A model generated the notes under the pieces. The model saw only the letters and a program-made list of their open reading frames with translations, made no database searches and was not told the origin of the DNA. The position numbers and the translations under genes were made by a program. Below are positions 8,065-14,569 of a stretch of 64,000 bases of DNA, piece by piece. Where the stretch lies: positions 17,004-81,003 of the forward strand of contig JAFRKV010000028.1 of the NCBI GenBank assembly GCA_017431515.1, in the 5' to 3' direction. Source of the stretch: Lachnospiraceae bacterium. Its GTDB lineage: Bacteria; Bacillota; Clostridia; Lachnospirales; Lachnospiraceae. Numbering within the stretch: the stretch's first letter is position 1; each line of letters starts with the position of its first letter.

Positions 8065-9357
8065 TTAGTTCGTGTACACCTCAAGCATTTTCTTTGTACA
8101 ACGTGTAGTCACATCGATAAAATACTCCATATCGGCGGCAGACATATCAGACGATTCATAGACTTCATTCTGTTTTTCAAATGCTTCAAGCCTCTTCATG
8201 ATATCGGAATATTCATCAAGCATGGCCGCGACATTTGTCGGATCATCAAGGTAGTTCTTCATAAAGTCTACATACTCATCCATGAACGCTTCATAACTGT
8301 CCAGATATGCTTTCAAATCAGGATCTACACCGTTACTGTTAGCTGAATCTGATGAATCACTATTGCGTGTTGTTGTATCCGTCCCAGTTCCGCTGGTACG
8401 TTTCGCGGTTTTCATCATGGTGTCATATACATCTGCATATTGATCTGCTTCATCTTCATCCAAGCACAACAAGCCGGCAATTATTACTCCATCTACGTCT
8501 GTATTAATGATTGCTGCAAATCTAAATTCACCTGCTGTACCATCTTTTGAAAAAGTATAGTCCCGCTCTTTACATAGAATCCCATCGATGTAATACTCTT
8601 TTTCGTTCTTCAATTCCAGATCTAGTTGAGAATCTTCCTTTTTTTGGTCTAATACTTTATCATATAGTTCTTGAAGATCCTGATCTGAAATATTCTTAGG
8701 AAGACCTACGTCAGTAATACTTCCAAATATCAAGCCTGTATTATCTGATTTGTCTGAATAACAGTCAAATCCACCGTCTAGTATCCTCGTTGAGGAAAAC
8801 TCTTTTGGCACCTGAAAAAATATCCCTGCATATTCCACCTCTTTATAGGCAGGTTCTTCTTCCTTTTTCTCACTTTCTTTACGCTCTACTTTTTCATCAC
8901 CCCTTGATTCATCTACATTCTCGTCTTTCTTCTCTGCTTCTGCCTCTTCAACCACTTCTATCTGATTCTTGGCCTTCATATCACGAGCGACTTCAAATAT
9001 GGACCATGATATACCGATACAGGAGATCGCAAGCGCCGTGATCGCAAAACCGAAGAGCCTGCCCTTTTTTACAAGTATGAAAATCGATAACACAAATATA
9101 GCGCCGAAAGCCACTAGTGCAACCCAGCCATTCAAAAATAGCGACACAATCGATGCAACAAATAATCCTATCCCCCACAAACAATGCGGTCTTTTCTTCC
9201 CGTCATCCGGGGTCACAAGCACAACAGGCTTCTCCGCTACAGTCTGCTGTTCCGATGCACTATCCTGTATCGGTACAGTAGTCTGTGAAGCACCACAAAA
9301 TGTACAGAACCGCGCCCCATCCGGAAGTTCTTTCCCACAGTTTATACAATAAGACAT
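8065..9357 (-). CDS. Zinc-ribbon membrane protein with acidic linker and C-terminal DUF6591-like domain
   Basis: Starts MSYCINCGKELPDGARFCTFCG from ATG 9357, with SD AGGAGG 9 nt upstream. Three TM spans. The C-terminus DPDLKAYLDSYEAFMDEYVDFMKNY is recalled as typical of a Firmicute lipoprotein tail domain. Confidence 0.8.
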   Translation of the reverse strand: MSYCINCGKELPDGARFCTFCGASQTTVPIQDSASEQQTVAEKPVVLVTPDDGKKRPHCLWGIGLFVASIVSLFLNGWVALVAFGAIFVLSIFILVKKGRLFGFAITALAISCIGISWSIFEVARDMKAKNQIEVVEEAEAEKKDENVDESRGDEKVERKESEKKEEEPAYKEVEYAGIFFQVPKEFSSTRILDGGFDCYSDKSDNTGLIFGSITDVGLPKNISDQDLQELYDKVLDQKKEDSQLDLELKNEKEYYIDGILCKERDYTFSKDGTAGEFRFAAIINTDVDGVIIAGLLCLDEDEADQYADVYDTMMKTAKRTSGTGTDTTTRNSDSSDSANSNGVDPDLKAYLDSYEAFMDEYVDFMKNYLDDPTNVAAMLDEYSDIMKRLEAFEKQNEVYESSDMSAADMEYFIDVTTRCTKKMLEVYTN

Positions 9358-9398
9358 TTTCAAGCTCCTCCTTTTTTGATATGACATTTCATTGTTTA

Positions 9399-9407
9399 AT
9401 TATAACA
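9399..9407 (-). promoter_or_regulatory. Extended -10 element (TGtTATAAT) for the zinc-ribbon gene at 8065-9357
   Basis: The minus strand reads gTGtTATAATtaa about 40 nt upstream of ATG 9357. No good -35 element is present. Confidence 0.45.
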
Positions 9408-9484
9408 CAGAATAGACCGTATTGGTCTTTTTCTCTGCGTTTCCATAGGTGTTTTTTTATACTGAATGGTAAAGGAGAACATTT

Positions 9485-9712
9485 ATGGTATACAAAAGAA
9501 TCCGAAACCTCAGGGAAGATCATGACCTGACACAAACTGTGCTTGCTGCTTACCTGAATATTTCGCAACGGGCTTATTCTCGTTATGAAACCGGAGAACG
9601 CCAGATTCCCACGGAAGCATTGGTAAAACTTGCCGACTATTATGACACCAGCGTGGATTATCTGCTGAACCGAACGGATTCTCTTAAGAAGTATCCGGCA
9701 GCAAAAAAATAA
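9485..9712 (+). CDS. XRE family HTH transcriptional regulator
   Basis: 75 aa with LTQTVLAAYLNISQRAYSRYETGERQIP. SD AAAGGAGAA. Followed by two hairpin terminators. Confidence 0.88.
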   Translation: MVYKRIRNLREDHDLTQTVLAAYLNISQRAYSRYETGERQIPTEALVKLADYYDTSVDYLLNRTDSLKKYPAAKK

Positions 9713-9742
9713 TGCCATCAGTGCATTCTCCCTGATGGCATT
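9711..9742 (+). terminator. Hairpin terminator 1 after the XRE gene
   Basis: An 11-bp stem AATGCCATCAG/CTGATGGCATT is followed by ATTATAATT. Confidence 0.6.
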
Positions 9743-9769
9743 ATTATAATTAGGATTTTGTATTGATTG

Positions 9770-9793
9770 GTGTGCTGGCTGCACACTTTTTTT
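9770..9793 (+). terminator. Hairpin terminator 2 after the XRE gene
   Basis: GTGTGC-TGGCT-GCACAC followed by TTTTTTTATT. Confidence 0.7.
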
Positions 9794-10451
9794 ATTCATA
9801 CACCATAACAAAATGATCCAATACGTCCTGATAGCGGGACTGACCGACAAGCCGGTAGCCGAAATGCTCATACAGCCCGACGTTGTCCGGATCGTTCGTT
9901 TCGAGGCAGATCCGATATCCCCGTTCGCCCGCAAAGGATCGGAGAACGCTCAGCAGCTTTCCGCCATAGCCTTTTCCCTGTTCTTCCATACGTGTCGCCA
10001 AAATGTAAAGATACCATGTTTTTTCATCCAGATAGGGTTTTCTCTTCTCCAGCGCAAACTTTTCAAACTCTTCCAGACGATAGATGACCGTGTGGAACAA
10101 TAAGGAGAAATCCTCCGGGTGGGCGATCCTGATGTAATCTTTCATGCCGGTTTTTCCTGTAAAAGGCGGCTCGATCAGCAGAATCGACGCATAGTTCTCA
10201 TTTTCCGACAGACCTGCCATGATGCCGAGTCTGCTGCGGAGGTCCACCGACATCATGCGGGTGAAAACGGCGGTGTCATACTTCCCTCTGAACAAGTGTT
10301 GAAACAAGGAATACTTCTGATAGCCGTCAACAGCCGTACGGACATACGCCTTGTGATTGTCTTTGCTAAACAGGCAAGCCTCCGGAATCCCGTTACATAC
10401 GGCATAGTCATAAAGTTCCTGGATATATCCGCTGTTATTCGTGTAATTCAT
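9792..10451 (-). CDS. GNAT family acetyltransferase
   Basis: Motif EEQGKGYGGKLLSVLRSFAGERG. The start is taken at ATG 10451 (MNYTNNSGY), which overlaps the HD-GYP stop by 17 nt. Confidence 0.75.
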   Translation of the reverse strand: MNYTNNSGYIQELYDYAVCNGIPEACLFSKDNHKAYVRTAVDGYQKYSLFQHLFRGKYDTAVFTRMMSVDLRSRLGIMAGLSENENYASILLIEPPFTGKTGMKDYIRIAHPEDFSLLFHTVIYRLEEFEKFALEKRKPYLDEKTWYLYILATRMEEQGKGYGGKLLSVLRSFAGERGYRICLETNDPDNVGLYEHFGYRLVGQSRYQDVLDHFVMVYE

Positions 10452-11634
10452 AGTTTTTATCCTCGGCCATAATCTCCAGCATAACATCCGTGATACGGGG
10501 ATCAAACTGTTTTCCCTTGCCATGGATCAATTCGTTCCTTACGGTCTCCTGCGACATATAAGTCCTGTAACTGCGATTACTGGTCATTGCATCATAAGCG
10601 TCCGCAACGCTGATGATCCTTGCATTTAAGGGGATATCCTCTCCCTTCAGCCCATCCGGGTAACCGCTTCCGTCATAGCGTTCATGATGCCATCTTGCAC
10701 CGATGCCGATATCTTCAAATTCAGGCATCTCTGAAAGAATATCTGCCCCCATAGAAGGATGGGATTTGATCACGTAATACTCTTCATTTGTCAGACCGGA
10801 AGGTTTGTTGATGATCGCATCCGGAACACCGATCTTGCCGATGTCGTGCAACATGGCCATGTGGTAGAGGTTTTCCTGCTCCTCTTCGGAGAAATTCAAC
10901 CGCTCCGCGATCATCCGGGAGTATTTTGCCACACGCATGGAATGACCATTGGTGTATTTGTCCTTGGCGTCGATCGTCTTCGCAAGCGCGTACATGGATT
11001 GCATTGTGATCCGCTCATTTGCTTTTTCAAGCAGTAAGTTTGCCTCGTCCAATTCCTCTTTCTTTTTTTCATAAGCCCGATTCTGATATTTGATAATAAA
11101 CCCGAAGATCAGGGATACAAGGATCAGCGACTGGATGACATCGATTGCAACCGCATGCTCGTTTTCAAACGGTACAACAAGTTCAGGATGTGCCTCGCTG
11201 TATAGGATACAACCACTTTGGAATACAATGCTGGCAATATAGACGACATAAAGGATTTTTTTCCGGATGATTACCCAGCTGATCACAAGGCTGAGAAGTA
11301 ACCACATCGGCATACCGCCGTGATATCCGCCGGAAAAGAAGAACATCACAGGAAACAGCAGAAAGTTGGCAACCACGGAAAACAGTACAGCCGCGTATAT
11401 GACATCCTTGGAATTCAGGGAAATGATCAGACAAATGACAGCAAACACCGCCGTAAACAAAAACGCGCCGATTGCAACGGGCGAGCTCCCCAATGCAAGC
11501 GAAATAATCGCTGATACCACAGATCCCGCGATCGCAACAAGCACCGCAACATTCAGCATCTGCTGCCAGAGATCACACCCCTCGATCAGTCTGTTGTAGA
11601 TTCGTTTGTACAGCAACTGTTTCCCCTTTTTCAT
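10435..11634 (-). CDS. Membrane-anchored HD-GYP domain protein (putative c-di-GMP phosphodiesterase)
   Basis: About 6 N-terminal TM spans. Has HSMRVAKY ... LHDIGKIGVPDAIINKPSGLTNEEY ... HHERYDGSGYPDGL (HD plus GYP motifs). Confidence 0.85.
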   Translation of the reverse strand: MKKGKQLLYKRIYNRLIEGCDLWQQMLNVAVLVAIAGSVVSAIISLALGSSPVAIGAFLFTAVFAVICLIISLNSKDVIYAAVLFSVVANFLLFPVMFFFSGGYHGGMPMWLLLSLVISWVIIRKKILYVVYIASIVFQSGCILYSEAHPELVVPFENEHAVAIDVIQSLILVSLIFGFIIKYQNRAYEKKKEELDEANLLLEKANERITMQSMYALAKTIDAKDKYTNGHSMRVAKYSRMIAERLNFSEEEQENLYHMAMLHDIGKIGVPDAIINKPSGLTNEEYYVIKSHPSMGADILSEMPEFEDIGIGARWHHERYDGSGYPDGLKGEDIPLNARIISVADAYDAMTSNRSYRTYMSQETVRNELIHGKGKQFDPRITDVMLEIMAEDKNYELHE

Positions 11635-11665
11635 CCTTCTCTCCCCTTGTATCTCATATCAAATG

Positions 11666-13243
11666 TTAATTCGCTGCGACATCCCACAGAGAAAACGGCG
11701 TCCACTGCAGTGCCATAACGTCTAAGGTATCATATTCATCCAACAGGGAGGCCGGATGTTCCTCAAACGGGATACTTCCTTTTGCTTTTAACCCCTCTTC
11801 AAAAACAAACCACCCGCCGATGATTTTTCCATCTTTTCTGCAAATTCCCGTCACACAGACCTCTTCGAGATCCAGATCACTGTTGTTTTTCACTTCTCCG
11901 GTAATGACCGTACTGCCCGATGGAGACTTCATGTTGGAGACATTTGATACCGGCAGCTCATCAGCATAAAGAATATCCGTTCCTTCCTGCAGCGCATAAT
12001 CGTCCGCCTTCTGATACACTCTCATTTCCACTCTGTCTCCCACGCCCTGCTCCCAATAGAGCATGTTATCGCATCCGAAAAGGATTGTATCTCCGGCTGC
12101 TATAAACCGGATTCTGGAATCGTTGGTGGCAAGGATCGTCCCGTCTGCCGCACGCGCAACTGCCTCCACATGGATATTTTTCGCTGCTACATCCGTGTTT
12201 GGGTTATGAAGGACAAGTCCGTACGTCGCGAAGTTATCTTTAATCGTATACCCGGACTCCACGATCTCCACTTCTTTGTAGTCCCCATCCGGCAAAGCCT
12301 CTGCAGTTTCCTCTCCTGCAAGAAGCCTCTCGAGCAGCGCCTCCTCATCGTATGCACCGGTTGTCCCAGGTCCTCCTGTCGTCTGAGATACACTCCCGCG
12401 AAAGTTTCGGATGCCGAAAAAACATATCAGGAAAATGACTGCCGCTGCTGCACCGGCAAGTAGCAAGATCCAGCCGACCCTGTTTTTGCGCTTTTCTTGG
12501 AGTCGCTTGTTTCCGCTATGCCTTCCTCTTCCAACCGAATCGAATCCCTCAGCACCTGACGCTGCAAGAAACGCCTCTTCCATCTCCTCCGCAGTCTGAA
12601 AGCGGTCCTTCGGATCCAGACTGGTCGCTTTCCGGATCATATCACTGTAAGCAGTCTTCTCCGAAAAAAGGATCCGCATCAAAACACCAATCGCATAGAG
12701 GTCCGTCCGGGGATCCGATTCCGCAAACCCGTATTGCTCCGGAGCCGCATTGCCCTCTGTCCCAAGGAGCACCGTATCACGATCTTTCCCACCGTGGTAG
12801 ATTTTTGCGATATCAAAATCGACCAGTTTCACCACGCCGTCTTCCGTCAGCATGATGTTTTCCGGTTTGATATCCCTGTGGATGATCGGCGGCTTTGCAG
12901 CATGCAGAAAAGCCACGGCATCCAGCACGCCAACCACCGCTTCCTTTTTTTCTTCCTCTGAAAGTTTCGCCTTAGAGAGAAGCGAGGCAAGACTTTCACC
13001 CTGCACATACTCCTCGATCAGGATGAGTCCATCCCCTTCTTCATAGTAACACTGCACATGCGGCACATGTCGATTCTCATGTTCCTTCAGGTAACGCAAC
13101 ACGCGTTCATCCCACATAGTCAGTGTCTTCTTCAGATAAACCTTTTGCGTGGTCTGATCGATCACCAGGCTTTGATTCTGCTCAGGAAGTTGATATAATT
13201 CCTGATAGAATGTTTTTTCACATTCTGATTTCAGATTATCCAA
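11666..13243 (-). CDS. Transmembrane Ser/Thr protein kinase with non-PASTA extracellular domain
   Basis: TTG start with SD GGAGGA 8 nt upstream. Has HRDIKPENIM, VDFDIAK and GTEGNAAPE, but no GxGxxG loop. One TM span (WILLLAGAAAAVIFLICFF) is followed by a ~240-aa beta-rich ectodomain. Confidence 0.85.
   Translation of the reverse strand: MDNLKSECEKTFYQELYQLPEQNQSLVIDQTTQKVYLKKTLTMWDERVLRYLKEHENRHVPHVQCYYEEGDGLILIEEYVQGESLASLLSKAKLSEEEKKEAVVGVLDAVAFLHAAKPPIIHRDIKPENIMLTEDGVVKLVDFDIAKIYHGGKDRDTVLLGTEGNAAPEQYGFAESDPRTDLYAIGVLMRILFSEKTAYSDMIRKATSLDPKDRFQTAEEMEEAFLAASGAEGFDSVGRGRHSGNKRLQEKRKNRVGWILLLAGAAAAVIFLICFFGIRNFRGSVSQTTGGPGTTGAYDEEALLERLLAGEETAEALPDGDYKEVEIVESGYTIKDNFATYGLVLHNPNTDVAAKNIHVEAVARAADGTILATNDSRIRFIAAGDTILFGCDNMLYWEQGVGDRVEMRVYQKADDYALQEGTDILYADELPVSNVSNMKSPSGSTVITGEVKNNSDLDLEEVCVTGICRKDGKIIGGWFVFEEGLKAKGSIPFEEHPASLLDEYDTLDVMALQWTPFSLWDVAAN
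13172..13199 (+). promoter_or_regulatory. Strong sigma-A-type promoter for the HTH gene, embedded in the kinase coding sequence
   Basis: TTGATT-16 nt-TGaTATAAT (extended -10). It lies 59 nt upstream of ATG 13258, inside codons 15-24 of the divergent kinase gene. Confidence 0.6.
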
Positions 13244-13257
13244 AAAAGGAGTCCTCC

Positions 13258-13704
13258 ATGGATCAAAAAACGACTGGAGAATTGATGCAGGTTTTAAATC
13301 ACCTTTCGGATCAGTCCGAATTGACCGATTATCTCAACGAGCTGGAAGAATCTCCTCCTGAATCATTTCTGGAGTACTTCCATGCATTCGCGAACGTGCA
13401 GTCTATGCCAAAAACAGAACTGTTGCAACGATGCGGACTTAACAGAACCACTTTTTACCATATCATGAACGGTAACCGACAGCCCGGTCGTGATCATATC
13501 ATAGCGCTCTGTCTTGCTGCAGGTCTGACGCTTCCCGAAACGCAGAGGGCACTGGAGCTCACTGAGCACGGGATCCTGTATTCCAGGAACCGCCGGGATG
13601 CGATTCTGATCTTTTGCATCAACCGCGGCATCACAAACCACATGGATGTCAACGAGCTGCTGGATCAGTTTGGAGAGGCCTTGCTCGTAGCCGAAAGAGA
13701 ATAA
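13258..13704 (+). CDS. XRE-like HTH regulator paired with the kinase
   Basis: 148 aa from ATG 13258, with SD AAGGAG 6 nt upstream. HTH segment LLQRCGLNRTTFYHIMNGNRQPGRDHIIALCLA. Confidence 0.75.
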   Translation: MDQKTTGELMQVLNHLSDQSELTDYLNELEESPPESFLEYFHAFANVQSMPKTELLQRCGLNRTTFYHIMNGNRQPGRDHIIALCLAAGLTLPETQRALELTEHGILYSRNRRDAILIFCINRGITNHMDVNELLDQFGEALLVAERE

Positions 13705-13729
13705 CAGAAAAACGGCGGCCTGTGCCGTT
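13705..13729 (-). terminator. Terminator after mscL
   Basis: The minus strand reads AACGGC-ACAGGCC-GCCGTT followed by TTTCTGTTATT. An outer CGGCGGC/GCCGCCG pairing is also possible. Confidence 0.5.
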
Positions 13730-13759
13730 ACCCTGCAAAGCCGCCGCAATTCGCGCTAT

Positions 13760-14197
13760 TTATTTTTCTTCCAGGACGGATGTGCAATGCGGACAGCGGG
13801 TCGCCTTCACCGGAATCTTGCTGAAGCAGTATGGGCAGTCCTTCTCTGTCTCCTCTTCCTTTTTTTCCTCTTCCTTCTTCAGTTTCGCCGCGGCCGCTTC
13901 TGCTGCGCTCTTCGCCTTGTTCAGCGCCTTGATGATGCAGAACAGCACCAGCGCGATCAGCAGGAAATTGATAACAGCCGTGATAAACTTGCCGTAGGTC
14001 AGTGTCACGCCGCCGATTTGTACCGCAAGCGCGTCAAAATTCGTTCCCCCGATGAGCCCCAGCAGCGGGCTGATGATATCATCCACCAAAGAGGTCACGA
14101 TCGCCGTGAATGCACCGCCGATGATGATACCGACTGCCATATCCATGACACTGCCCTTGCTGATAAATTCCTTAAATTCGTCAAAAAACTTTTTCAT
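13760..14197 (-). CDS. mscL: Large-conductance mechanosensitive channel with C-terminal zinc-ribbon tail
   Basis: N-terminus [40 protein letters not shown]. The tail is [20 protein letters not shown]. Confidence 0.9.
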   Translation of the reverse strand: MKKFFDEFKEFISKGSVMDMAVGIIIGGAFTAIVTSLVDDIISPLLGLIGGTNFDALAVQIGGVTLTYGKFITAVINFLLIALVLFCIIKALNKAKSAAEAAAAKLKKEEEKKEEETEKDCPYCFSKIPVKATRCPHCTSVLEEK

Positions 14198-14249
14198 TTC
14201 TAAACACCTCCGCTTAATCTCGTATCAGACCGTTCCTGACACCGTCTAT

Positions 14250-14278
14250 AATATACCGCTTTTAATAGACCTTTTCAA
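14250..14278 (-). promoter_or_regulatory. Sigma-A promoter for mscL (TTGAAA-17-TATATT)
   Basis: Read on the minus strand. The -35 element lies in the last codons of the 74-aa ORF. Confidence 0.6.
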
Positions 14279-14486
14279 CCTCGTCTTGCGCGATGCCATA
14301 CTGTCCGAGCAACTCTTTCAGCTCTTTTTCATTTCGGATCAGAGAGACCTCCTCGAACTTTCCTGTCTCCATATTTCGGAATCCGAAGACCTGCTCTCCC
14401 GTGCAGATACTGCAACGCAGCACGGGTTTCTCCTTCTCTCTGTCATACGTGACAGTACTTGCATGCTTTTCTTTTCGTCCGAACAT
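14262..14486 (-). CDS. Small conserved hypothetical protein
   Basis: 74 aa with a strong SD AGGAGGAA just after the ppdK terminator. Contains a single CxxC-like CSICTGE. Confidence 0.65.
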   Translation of the reverse strand: MFGRKEKHASTVTYDREKEKPVLRCSICTGEQVFGFRNMETGKFEEVSLIRNEKELKELLGQYGIAQDEVEKVY

Positions 14487-14500
14487 GAAATTCCTCCTGC

Positions 14501-14531
14501 AAAAAAAGGGGACGGCATGCCATCCGTCCCC
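14501..14531 (-). terminator. Rho-independent terminator after ppdK
   Basis: The stem GGGGACGG/CCGTCCCC is followed on the minus strand by TTTTTTTG. Confidence 0.85.
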
Positions 14532-14569
14532 TCGTCCTCATAGCTGAAATCGAATCCAATCAAGATTTC

